From Vicugna vicugna (taxonomy: Eukaryota): 64,000 bases of DNA. Each line of letters begins with the position of its first letter. Position 1 is the stretch's first letter. The stretch spans positions 1,118,001 through 1,182,000 of the forward strand of contig MU058153.1 of NCBI GenBank assembly GCA_013265495.1. The letters run 5' to 3'. A program made the translations under genes and the position numbers. A model generated the notes under the pieces. That model saw only the letters and a list, made by a program, of their open reading frames with translations. It did not search any database and had not been told where the DNA came from. Shown one piece after another: positions 39,151 to 50,720 of this stretch.

Positions 39151-40049
39151 CTAAGCCACTGGGCCGTGTTCGCTGAGCTCTCTCCCCAGCGTGGCCCTGT
39201 TTAGCTTTCTGATGGTAAGCACACCTCCTGTGTCTTCATTTGACAGTCCGTTCCTCCCCAGCATCCGAGCCCCACAAGTCGGGATCAAAGTGGACTTCAG
39301 GGGAAAGATTGTGGTTCATTGTACCCATCTTTCCTTTGTGCCAGAACCAGCAGCTTAGTAAACTTCCCTGCGCAAAGCCAAGATAGAGTTACAACAGAAG
39401 ATGTGCATCTAATAGAGATAAGACTTACATACAATTCAAAACAATTAACTAAAAAAGTAGTGTATAATAAAGAAAAAGGTGGATCAGTATATAGTAAAAA
39501 GCCCTTGAAAATATGAATCTTAGATTGTGGGATTAATGAGGATCAGCATCACACATGTTGACAGAGATGGAGGATTTGGACTCACTCTGAGGATAGCGGA
39601 GAACATTCTAGATGGGCACAGCTCGTTTTGACCTTTCGTCACCTGGTATTTAACTGCCAGCACGTTTTGAGTGCTTACTAGGGAGTGTGCTAAGTGGTTT
39701 GCCAGTGTCTGGGTGACAGACTGGTTTGTGACATGGCTACCCAATGTGGGATGCTTTGTTTTTTTCCAGAGTGGAGGTTGATAAAATAAAAATGCTTTTC
39801 TTAAATCATACCCCCCCACCTTTTTTTTCAGGAAATAAAATCATCATTAAGCTTTTTTAAAAATTTGTTTTGTTTAAGCCCTAATATGATTGAGTAGAAG
39901 AAAGCTGGATGAGCAGAGATGCTTCAGAAATCTTTCCCTTTCTTTTCCGGCTCATGGGAAGAGAGTAAAAGCAATGTTTTTCTTAGTTTCAGGAAGAGAT
40001 ATCCACTCAACATCACTAAAAATAACTAGACTTTCAAATGTCTCGTGTG

Positions 40050-40620
40050 GCCTGTTTCCTCTAAGGAATGGCTCCTCTGCTCCTTCAGAGGGGCGTTCTG
40101 AAAGGCACCTGTGAGCGACAAATGGTAATGGATTGCATTCCGAACTATGCATCCAAGCAAATAAAACGGGCTTTCAAACTTTGATTGATCAAACCTCACA
40201 GCAGTCATCTAGACTCCATGCTTGCTTATCGGTTTGACGGTAATAAAGCCCTTTCGGGGACAAAAATATTATGCAAACTGTTGGCCAATTTCGTTCTTGT
40301 TATTGGGCCCTCATTGACTGCAGTCCCTTTTCATTTCGGTATTATTATGGGACTGACTGCTAAGTCAGTGTGCACGAGGGCAGTCAGCCAGGGGAAGAGG
40401 CAGAGTGATTGGCTTTGCCTGACCCAACGTTCCTGAAGCCCTGTTTACTGCCTGATCGTCCTCCTCCCAGCAGCAGTCCTTGCTCTCTCGTGTTCCTGTG
40501 GGGACTGGGACTTGAATACTTGAACCCGAGGCAGTGGATTTCTTCCTCCCTGTTGGATGTTTCTGGAATCACTTCTGCTACCGGTGTGACTTTATTTTAT
40601 GCGGATTTAGTGTCTCTGGC
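40050..40620. promoter_or_regulatory. Candidate conserved non-coding element or developmental enhancer
   Basis: Repeat-free; about 16 CpG by manual count; CTTTGATTGATCAAA (TCF/LEF plus PBX-like), GTAATAAA, TATGCAAA, TTGGCCAA; four TGACTGC. Confidence 0.5.
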
Positions 40621-40769
40621 TTAAAAATGCTTGATGGTAAAATAGGGTGGATTGATGGTAGCCCAACAGAGATTATGGAGCTGTGAAGTAGCAGTTGGAT
40701 AAAACTCTCAGGATATAGGTCTTGGGTACTTTGAAGTTGGAATGGAAAGATCAAACAAGGAATTTAAAG

Positions 40770-40885
40770 TCCAGTCAAGTCCGGGAGGGAATCCAGGCAC
40801 TACTGCTGAGCTGTGTGATATTGGATGCGTCAACTCACCTGTCGGAAGCTTAGTTTCTTTACTGATACAGTGCGGATAATTGAAA
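40770..40885 (+). mobile_element. MIR fragment
   Basis: gaatccaggcactactgctgagctgtgtgatattggatgcgtcaactcacct. Confidence 0.7.
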
Positions 40886-40907
40886 ATATTTTAAAAGTTT
40901 AACTGAC
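40839..40907 (-). other. Candidate 69-nt antisense-MIR-derived non-coding exon
   Basis: Acceptor ttttcttctccttggcactttag| and donor CAG|GTGAGT; stops in all three frames. Confidence 0.3.
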
Positions 40908-41879
40908 CTAAAGTGCCAAGGAGAAGAAAATCCTATGACCAGGTGCTGAGTACCCTGTGATCTCTTCGGTCCAATCACAGAACTTGTCTAAATGTAGGCA
41001 GAATAAGATGAACATGATTCCAGGGCTGATGGCTTCCCTGTTAATACATGTGGCAGTCTGCATCTCAGTCCACAGATTCAGTGGGCAATATGACATTTCT
41101 ATTTTTTGGTAAATATCACATTTCTATTTGTTAAGAATAAGAACTATCAAATATCTATAATTTTAAATAAATAACCGAATATTGGATCTCTATATTGCTG
41201 GAATGGTAGGTAAATTGAACGTCCACATTCTGAAGGCTACTCCCTAGATATTTGCCAACAGTTCTGGGGCTTTTAGCCACGCGAGACAGAGTCCTCTCCC
41301 CTTAGCTGCCACTGTTTATCTCTCCATAGTGCAGAGACTCGCCTTTCTCCTGTGTTCATGGTCATTTCAGCTTCGGTGGTTCTATGCAGGTTCCATGCAG
41401 CCCTGGGAACGCAGGACTCTTTGGTGAGGATGGGCGTGTCATGGTTGACATCACAGCCTGCTAGCTCTCCATGTGGCAGTCAAGGATCTGACCTGCTCAG
41501 GCACTGCCCCATAGCTAGTCTCCTTCCCTCAGCTTCTTTCAGCTGCCCCGCTTCTACCAAGAAACACGCTTTCCTTCCCTTCTACCTCCTCCAAAAGCCT
41601 TGAGTATCCCTCCAAGTTCTTGGATTTCGGGGGGAAGAGGAGGAGACAGAAAGACCCGAAGGATATTTCTTCCTTCTGTCGCTATGAACCTCTTGGGAGT
41701 CAGTGACGTACAGAGAGAGCTGTTTGAATGGGGGAGGCAGACGGGATGGGGAATCAGAGAAAAAATCCTGGTATCTTAATACTTAAAAACATGTTGACCT
41801 CCTTTATTATGAAAGTATCACATAGGTCATGCACCCAAGAACATCTCTGTGGTTAAAGAAAGAGAAGGAGTTGGAGAAA

Positions 41880-42299
41880 GAAAATATGCGAAGTCGAAAC
41901 TGCATTTAACACACCTGCCTACCAAACCTCATGCTTAGCCCAGTAACCCCAAACGTGCTCAGAGCACTTGATTAGCCAACAGGTGGGCACAGTCATCCAG
42001 TACAAACCTATTATAGGGTGAAGTGTTGACTATTTCATTTCATGTATTAAATGCTGTACTGAAAGTGAAAAGCAGGGTGGTTGGGTACAGAATGGCTGCG
42101 AATGTACTGGCTGTTGCCCTCATGACCGCTTGGCTGGCTGGGAGGTGTGGCCGCCCAGCATCATGGGAGAGCACCCGACCCCACAGCCCGGGAAAAGATC
42201 ACAATTTAAAATCCAAAGCAGAGTTCTATTGAATCTCTTTCATACCATCATAAAGTTGAAAAATCTTAGAATGAGTGACAGTTAATCAGGGACCACCTG
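41880..42299 (+). mobile_element. Tigger3 (Golem/MER7) deletion derivative lacking the 5' TIR
   Basis: aaatatgcgaagtcgaaactgcatttaacacacct...ctgtactgaaagtgaaaa...agcccgggaaaagatca...cagggaccacctg|TA. Confidence 0.88.
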
Positions 42300-42423
42300 T
42301 ATATATTGTATAAATGTGCATATTTAAACTAAATATTTTCTGGGCAGCTCACTTTTATAGGATTTTCTTCCTTTTTGCTTATTTATTATTTGCTAATGTG
42401 CCTATAAAAGTCTAAAGTAATAT

Positions 42424-42561
42424 GGGGGCGGGGTATAGCTCAGTGGCAAAGCGCCTGCTTAGCACGCACAAGTTTCTAAGTTCAATCCCCAGTACCTCCA
42501 TTAAAAAAAAAAAAGTTGAATAAAAGTAAATAAATAAATAAACCTAATTCCCCGCCCCCCA
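42424..42561 (+). mobile_element. Vic-1-like tRNA-Ala-derived SINE
   Basis: 18-bp TSD with one mismatch: aaaagtctaaagtaatat (42406-42423) vs aaaagtctaaaataatat (42562-42579). Confidence 0.93.
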
Positions 42562-42689
42562 AAAAGTCTAAAATAATATTAGAAAATGAGAAAGAATATT
42601 ACATGCTATTGGGATCATTGCCCAGTATGTATTTAGTTGACTGCAGACACCAGAAGCTGTCCCTAATCAGAGACGTCGGTCACCATGTG

Positions 42690-43165
42690 GACAAACCTGT
42701 GTTCTCACCCTGGTGTGTTAAGTACTGGGCATGTGATCAAAGTTGAGATACTTAATCTCTCTTTATCTGAAGAAATGGGGATAGTACCTCACTTTTGAGA
42801 GTTAAATAAAGTAAAATATTTGAAATGTTGGTATAAAATCTGTCGCCTAGTAGGTCAACAGTATACATTGGTTTTCTGCTCTTGCTCTTGACTGTTAATT
42901 GCAGAGGCCAGCTAGAGCAGTAGAAAGAGCATACGGCCCCCCCAATCCGGGAACCCTGGACTCAGACGAAAGCTTTGCAAATGTTTGATACACCCTGGGG
43001 CAAGGGCTCTCGTATTCCTAAAGTCTCTTATTTCCTCATCTTTAAAATGAGGGTAATTGTTCTAGCCCATCACAGGGAAGCCCTGAGGACTATGTAAGAC
43101 GATGTACCAAACAAGCCCCGCACAGTACAGGGCTGAGCACACAGCAAGGGGCTGGAAGCTGTTTG
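42690..43165 (+). mobile_element. Two tandem MIR SINEs (about 42690-42875 and 42910-43165)
   Basis: gaaatggggatagtacctcac and tttcctcatctttaaaatgagggtaat, each followed by a MIR tail. Confidence 0.8.
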
Positions 43166-44816
43166 TTCCTTCCATCTTTCCCAGCCATTGAGGAACCAAC
43201 GCTTAAATGAGAAGTGTAGTCTGCTCCTGCAGAGATGGCAGGGATAAAGGGGCTCATGTGGTGAGGGAGGGTCCTGGAGACTTGGAGAGGCTTTGCTGAG
43301 AAACAAAGCCGGCCAAGAGTTATGCTGTTGAAAGTGACCTAGATAGTAATCCAGCTTCCAAAGCTCCAGCTTTGGGTAAGTGCGCTTCACATCATTACTG
43401 ATTTCACGTAATTGCAAAGAATACGGCCTACGTATTTCAGAATAGGGTTTTCTTTTAAAATGATCTTTTCTTTGATTTATTTCAGTCCCATTTCAATTAT
43501 TTTGAAGTTTTAAATAACCCTGAAGGATATTGTGAGATTTCCATTTTAATTAAAAGGAGGCGTGGGTTTAAAAATAACGTGAAAAAAGAAGAGTTTTTCA
43601 ATCTTCATACGTAGGGAGAAGAAATTTTAGAAGATGAAATGTGTGCCTGAGCAATTTTTCAGCCTCCTTATAAACAGGAATTATCTGTCTAGAAAACTCT
43701 TTAGATGTTGTATCCAATGCGCTCATTTTGTAGATGGAGAAATGGTTGTGTAGTAGAGGTAACTATTACACCCAGAGTTACACAGTAACTGAACGCAAGA
43801 GCTAAAACGAGACTCTCGAGGAAGCATGATTTTCACATGACTGCACATTCTATGTCTAAGCCTTGTCCCCCACTGTGTATTATACACCACCATATTCACG
43901 TTTATTCGTATGTGTGTAGAGATGTGTAAGTACATATAATTGATAATTGTGTGTGGTATATGTACAAATTTTGTGGGTTTGCCTGTAGAGAGTGTGTAAG
44001 GGATGGAGACGGAGAAAAAACAAACACCTTGCCTTTCAAGGAGAAGTTCTTTGTCCATCCCCTAAAAGCACAATGTTTGATAGCTCTCTGGAAAGCTGTT
44101 TAAGCCAAGGTAGCTTTTAGGAATGTACACTTTATTCCTGGTCGTGCAATTATTCCCGTGTCGAGTTCCTCTAAAACCAGCTCTCCCGTCTCCTCTGTGG
44201 TTTCTCTCTGCTCCAGTCCTGAAAGTTCAGGCGGTGGATACCCAACTGGCAGAGGCTGTGCCTGGCTCTCCGTGTTACCCGTTGAGAAATTGTAATTTGT
44301 ACTGATCAGTAAATTCACCCTCTTCAAAGGCACATGAGAGAGCCCCACTGGAGTCAGAGTTCCTGCTTTATTAGTTCAAGGGCACTCTGGAGAGAAGGCA
44401 TGTGTTTTCAGGAAGATTAAGTCCTCCATCTCAGAGAAGAGGGAGAATATCCTGAAGCGTTTCTTTAAATAGCCGGCATTCTCTCAACCAAAGACGGGAT
44501 GTGCCAGGCAGAGCTGGCTCACTTTTTTTTTTTTAAGGTAACAGGGCTGCTGTTTGCCTTTCTCTGGATGGCAGTCGAGTCCATAAATCTCAGACATGGC
44601 GGAACGGCCTGACCCATTGGGAGGGAGGAGATTGCCAGGCTGGAAGTTACCAGACCTGGGAGTTGGTCCCCCATCTGCCATTTGCTTGGAGTGATTAAGG
44701 CAAGACACTGAAATTTCACTTGTAGATTTTTCGTGTGTAAAAAGGCAGGGCTTTCTAGTCTGGTAATGAAAGAGCATAGAGAGCCTTGATTCCTCCCACT
44801 CTCTCTGCTCCGCTTG

Positions 44817-45001
44817 CAATGTTCCCCCTGTGGTTCCCAGGCCAGCAACAGAAGCAGCACCTGATCTTTTGGGACTCTGTTAATGATGCAGATTCTCAGG
44901 TCTGCCCTACATCTGTCCTTTAGGGGAAAGAGGGTCACTGCTCTGTGTTTTAGCCGTCGCTCTGGTGATTCTGATGCCCCCAGTTGCTTGAGAACCACCA
45001 G
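44817..45001 (+). mobile_element. MER5A hAT-Charlie MITE
   Basis: ccagcaacagaagcagcacctg...atgcagattctcagg...ggtgattctgatgc...ttgagaaccac. Confidence 0.85.
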
Positions 45002-45129
45002 CCTGGGCAACATTCTGGTTTATCCCTCCCTAGGGAAAACCTTCTCTGCCCTCTCCCACCAGATGAAACGGCCCCATCACGCGCCAGCTGAAAGCTGCGA
45101 TTTGCAGTTAATTGTTTGTGTCTAATTGC

Positions 45130-45350
45130 TCCACCGGGTCAGGGCTGGGTCTGCACTGGCTCGTCATTGTGCTCCCACCCAGCAAAGCACCTGCACCTAG
45201 TAGGACCGCGGCGACTATCGGTCATTTAGATGAAAGTTAGTAACCTTGAGCAAATCACTTAAACTTGTGGAGACTCAGTTTATTCCTCCTTAAAATGGGC
45301 ACGATGGAACATACCTTTGAAGATGGAGCATAAGCGAGCTAAGAGATACT
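45130..45350 (+). mobile_element. L2 tail followed by a MIR core
   Basis: gcacctgcacctagtagg; accttgagcaaatcacttaaac...ctcagtttattcctccttaaaatggg. Confidence 0.65.
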
Positions 45351-46132
45351 AAATTCAACTCTCAGTCAACAAACTCCATGTCTTAAAATTAATTAGTTAA
45401 TAGATCTTTTAATGCTAGTTTCTCACTGAGCACTCTGTTTTGCTGCTGGGTGTCGACCTTCATCTTAGTCTTCCTTGAAGATCCTTCTCAGCGCTGGGGT
45501 GTGGCCCCACTCCAGCATTTGAGGAGCTCTGTGATGATACAATGTGAGTGTTGGGAGATACCTGATCTTCCAATTTCATGCCATAGGACGACCTGCTGAA
45601 ATGCCCAAATTCTCAACCCACACCAAGCCCCTTCAAATCGGATTCTGTCTGCTGTTCCTGTGATTCATGTATTTGTTAAATATCCATCTCCCAGGGTTGT
45701 GCAGCTCCATCTGCCTAGGCTGGATCATACCCCTTACGTTCTGAGAGCTTGCCTGCACTGGCAGGACACAGAACTCCCCTGCTCTAGGATCCAGGGACCT
45801 GTCTGCTTCTATTCCCTGTCTTGTCTCTCCCATCCCATCAGCCTGCAGGAATCTCTTTTTCACTGCAGGCTAAGTTTTCTACTTTCGTGTTTCTGCCTAA
45901 TACCTTGTCACCATGCACCTGGATTCTCTTTCTTTTGAGCAGTGTGTTTCCTCTCTGACAACAAGTTCTTCCTCTGTCCTGGGACTTAAGCTTTTAGAAA
46001 CAAAAGCCAGAAAAGCTAGTAAGTGTTTCTATTTTTTTCCACCCTACTTCATCCTCTTTTTGAGACAGTGGGCTCAAGAGTTTCTGCTTTGGTGGGGAAA
46101 AATACTGTCATCAAAAGTGGAGCCCTCCACAC

Positions 46133-46353
46133 CAGTGATTCTTAAATGGGGGCAGTTTTGCCCTCCAAAAGACATTTGGTAATATCTGGAAACATTTGTT
46201 ATCGTCACCTCGTAGGGGAATGTTCTACTGGCATCTAGCGAGTAGAGGTCAGTGATGCTGCCAGACGTCCTACAGGGCACAGGACCGCTGCCACCACAGA
46301 GAATTAACAGGTCCAAAATGTCAGCGGTGCCATGCCAAGGCTGAGAAACCCTG
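46133..46353 (+). mobile_element. MER20 hAT-Charlie element, full length
   Basis: cagtgattcttaaatgggggcagttttgccc...ggctgagaaaccctg; 8-bp TSD ctccacac / ctccccac. Confidence 0.92.
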
Positions 46354-47220
46354 CTCCCCACGAAGGTACTCATTAAATACTGTGAAGACTGGCACAACAC
46401 AGGTGTTCCGTAAGTGATCGTGGACTTTAAATCTTGGTTTCTTCTGCCCCTGATCTCTTTGCAACCTTGGCAAATTGGAAAGACTTGAGAAGTTTTGTTG
46501 TGTCACTGACTTCAGCATGGAGCACCCGCCCCCAGCCTTCTGCCACACTCCTAGTGAGCAGATTCACATGCCACACATCTAAGGTGTTCCTCCTGCCTCA
46601 GAAACAGTGCATTGTATTCTCAGTATTTGATCTGATGGCATATTAGTGTATCAGGCATCATTAAGTACCTACTTAATAGAGTAAAAGTGGAACTGAAGCT
46701 TGACCTTGACTTCAGCGCATCCACAGTTAAATGAGAAAGGAAAATAAATATATTACCAAGACTTAGTATGATGAGATTGGCTAGAGAGCTAAGCTCAGAG
46801 TGCTAAGGAGGCAAAGAGAGAGGATTACTGACTCTCAGGTGACTGTGCAAGGGGCAAGGACACAGGAGAAGTTAGTGGGATAAGAACTGGGGTACGTAGG
46901 AATTTCGATGAGAAAAATGAGGAGTTAGATCTGTCAGGCAAGGACATGGAGCGTGCCCATGACGTCGCTATGAGAAAGACGACCAGGGGCAGGCAGGGCC
47001 AGCCACAGAATTTGTGGACTTTGGCGCAAAATGAAATGCACGGCCTCGTGCTCAAAAAGCAGGAAAGGAGTTCCATTAATGGTGTTCAAATGCGAGACTC
47101 TTTTCCTTTCTTCTCCAGTCTCTCTATTTATCATTCAGGACTTTTTAAAATTTGCTATTTATTGTTACAGGAGCTATAATATCGGTTAGAGGCCCACAGG
47201 TAAAACTAAAGAGTAAGAGG

Positions 47221-47299
47221 GTTCAACTTACACCAAAGATTGACTCATTGTAATTGACTGTACCTCAATTTAAAAAAATAATTTAAAAATTTTTTTTAA
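47221..47299 (+). mobile_element. Ultra-truncated (79 bp) L1 3' tail insertion
   Basis: Perfect 13-bp TSD aaagagtaagagg at 47208-47220 and 47300-47312; tacacc...cattgtaattgactgtacctcaat resembles the L1 3' end at 28749-28785. Confidence 0.85.
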
Positions 47300-49685
47300 A
47301 AAGAGTAAGAGGAAATTGGTGGTCTAACCAGTCAGAGATTGCACAGGTAGAAACCCTGGAGGAAGGTCATAGGATGAGCATTGCCAGTCACCCTCTGTGA
47401 GGTAAGCCGAGACAGGAGTTTGCAGAGTGGGACGTGGTGAGTTGAAGGTGAGGATGTGAAACTGAACAAGGCGGGAGACGTAGGCACAAGGACAAGACAG
47501 TTCAGCTCTCCAAACAATATTAAAAAAAAAAAAAAAGGAAAAATGCTATGGATTGGTTTAAGCCTGCCTGTGACTGTATTAGTTTATTTTTTCTTATAAC
47601 GTTCAGTGTTTCCAAGTACAGCCAAGTCATGGTTTGGGACTGTTTCTCAAAACACGTGTCTAACAACCAACTCATTGATAAACCTGGCATTGTGATTTTG
47701 CAGTTGCAAAATTAATTAAAAATCACAGCTTGAAAGTGGAACAGAAGTTTGAAAACATATGAAATTATTATTTTACATATTGCCTTTCAGTATCTCAGGA
47801 TCAGCAGTAATGGTTACACACTGTAGAAATGCTAGTATATAACCCCCTTCTTTTTCAAACTGAACACTACCTGTAAATATTTTCTGTCTAGCTACATAGT
47901 CTGAAATTTTATCCCTCCTTGTGAATAGATGATAACCCACAGAACAGAAGGATTCTGAGTTTTCTAAGATTTATCCCCAGGTGAGATACCTGGGTTTGTT
48001 TTCTTGGCATTCCTCCCAATACATAAAATTTCCAGGAACGTCAGTATTTCGCACATATGATTTTATTCTTTTCAATATTTAAGCATTCTTTTGCAGGTGA
48101 TTTTATTGGGAGGTGTCAAGACAACATACCATTGTTAAAAGATAAAAACAAAACAGAATTAACATAAATTACTGTTAACCAAACAAAAACAGAACAGAAC
48201 AAAACAAACATAAATAAAAGAATAAAAACTCCAACCCTGCTAGGAACATCAGCTAGGTTTAACATAGAGTCAACCCCGCTGATGGTTAGTCTTTGAAGAC
48301 AGCTGCATTTTAAAAAAAATCACCAATATTGTTAGAAATATTTCTAATAAAACAGTACAGTCCAATCCCCCCAAAGTTATTTCATCATTCACTTTGCAGA
48401 AGATAACTCCAATTTGATAGAAAACCAATTTCCACAGAATTTGCACTGAGCTATAGTTTTCACTGGAGTTTCCGTATTTGAACACATTGTCATTTGATGG
48501 GGCAATTTTCTGTTGGTGTGATTAGCCAGTTTAGACTTACCATAACCTATTTGCTGTGCCACAAAGAGAATGGTTTCAAAACGAAGAGAAGGGGGAAAGA
48601 TTCAAAGGAATGAAAACAGAAAGACGGGCCTCATGCGTGAAGGAGGTAAACAGTTTAGGAAAATATCAGTATCTCCTGCCTGCACAATTATTCACTGGAC
48701 AGTATCTGGGAGCACAAGGTCACATTTAAGTGGCAATAATACACCTGCAATAGTTCATGTAACAAAAAGAAGCAGTATTACCCACTCCGAAGTAGCTATC
48801 AAAACTTGTTTAACTCCTTCAGAGCAAAGTATTGAGAGGCAAGGCTTTAAAGTGAATGCTCATCTATTCAGTCCTTCATCAAATGAAAATCCCGTTTATC
48901 CAAGTTAAGATTTTTGAACTGGACTCTTATCAGTGCCATAAATTTCATCAGCAGCAATTCTTTCTGAAATGCTGAGCCATTTAAGAGGTGAAGATTGAGG
49001 ATTTGCCTTTTAATGGGGACTCTACACCTGCATTTCTTTGTAAAGATGAAGCAGGTCGCCAAGTGAAAAAGGTTAGAGTGCTTGTTTGTTTTTGGTTTTG
49101 GATACTGGCAAAAATGGAGACGATGCAGATTATTGCTGATGTATTTTGAGAATGGGAAACTTGAGGCACACATTCAGGAAAAGAATGTGTGTATTCCGTC
49201 CTCAGAGGACAGCTGGTAAACTTCAGAGGGCTGCAAGGATTTTTATATGGTGTTCTTTTTCCTGTACCCTTTCTTGGTCTTTCAAAAAGTGGGAAAGCAG
49301 CATATGAAACGATGGTACCAAATTTAGGTAACACTTAGAGTTTTCTTGTTTAATAAAAAAAGAAACTTTTAGGAATTTCATCCTTGAATAAAGAAGAGAT
49401 TATTCCCAGCTCAAATACATTGCAAAATTTCTACTTCAGTTCTGAACTCTACTGTTCTGAGATTTGGCCATGATCCTACAAACACTTAGATAATTATTAT
49501 TTAGATAATTTATATTACCTAAACATTTGTATAATTAATATTTTACTTTATCCTTAAAAAAAAAAGATCAGCTTAACTCTGGATATTAAATTGAAAATAC
49601 AGTTTCTCTTCACCTATCTGCTGCCATCTCCAAATCCAGAAAATAGTATATTATTCTTCTTAGCAGAGCTGGCCCTTATCAAATC

Positions 49686-50062
49686 TTTATTTTTTTCTTT
49701 TTCTTCCAGCTTTTCTGAGATATAATTGGCATATAACATTGTGTAAGTTTAAAGTATACAACGAGTTGATCTGATACATGTAGATTGCAAAATGATTTCC
49801 ACCATAGCACTAGCTAACAACTCCATCACATCACATAATTACAGTTTCTTATATGTGATGAGTATGTTTAAGATCTGCTTTCTTAGTGACTTTCAGTATC
49901 ATGAACTACAAGCACCATACTGAATATTTGATCCCCAGAACTTGTCTTATAACTGGAAGTTTGCACTCCAGCCCCTGATAATCACCGTTCAGCTCTCTGC
50001 TTCTGAGCTCCTCTCTAAGATTTCACCTTTAAGTGATATCACACACTAGTTCTCTTCCTCTG
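49686..50062 (-). mobile_element. L1MA9-like LINE 3' UTR fragment
   Basis: ccagcttttctgagatataattggcatataacattgtgtaagtttaaagt; same type as the element at 5626. Confidence 0.88.
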
Positions 50063-50374
50063 AAGGCAGAGCTTTCTTTTCTTGTCCATTGTAGAAAAAG
50101 GTACCCCTGTTTGGAACGAACAGGCTTCTGGGGAAGCTCTATGAACCCAGTGGTACTATTAGTTGAGAGGATGGCATGAACAACCACATGACATTGTGCA
50201 AAGAGCACTGTTCTTAGTCTTCTTTTAATCTTAGTGCTTTCATTTATTCAGTCTGTGACCTTGATAATAAAATGTAATTTTATTGGATTATAAATATGTT
50301 CTGTTAAGATATTAAAAGTAGCTAATATCCATTGATTGAAACAAGGAATTTTACCCTTTTGTAACTATTAAAGG

Positions 50375-50497
50375 TTATATATCATCTTTATATATATATA
50401 TTATATATATATATAAAATGAGATTTTATATATAAATACAAAAATGAGATTTTATATATATATATGTTTATGTTTATGTGTGTATATATATATAAAA
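50375..50497. repeat. AT-rich (TA)n region with a duplicated 20-mer (aaaatgagattttatatata)
   Basis: Copies at 50415-50434 and 50441-50460. Confidence 0.9.
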
Positions 50498-50559
50498 TTC
50501 TCTGTTCTCATCCAGCACCCAAGACAAGGACTCTTACCAGATGATTTAGTGCTCCTCAC

Positions 50560-50720
50560 CTTTGGGCTATAGCAGTAAACTGCCTGAAAACTACTGGGTT
50601 AAAATAATAAACATTTACTTAGCTCACAATTCTGTCAGTCAGTAAATTTGACTGAACTGAACTGCATTGTTCTTAGTTTTGCTCAATTATGCGTTTTGGT
50701 TGGCTGGAAATGAGGCTGGA
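50560..50720 (-). mobile_element. MLT1 (G/H-like) LTR fragment
   Basis: gggttaaaataataaacatttacttagctcacaattctgtcagtcagtaaatttg. Confidence 0.65.

Noticed and set aside
23097..42561. The four tRNA-Ala-like sequences as tRNA genes
   Set aside because: They have poly(A) or unique tails, TSDs, extra 5' bases and stem-breaking substitutions, so they are SINEs
47691..47727. Overlapping inverted repeats (attttgca/tgcaaaat and tgtgatttt/aaaatcaca) as a structured RNA or miRNA
   Set aside because: Stems are only 8-9 bp and AT-rich, too short for a pre-miRNA
49663..50075. gcagagct on both sides of the L1MA9-like fragment as a TSD with 3' transduction
   Set aside because: Only 8 bp and offset from the poly(T) by about 15 nt; cannot be distinguished from chance in an old element
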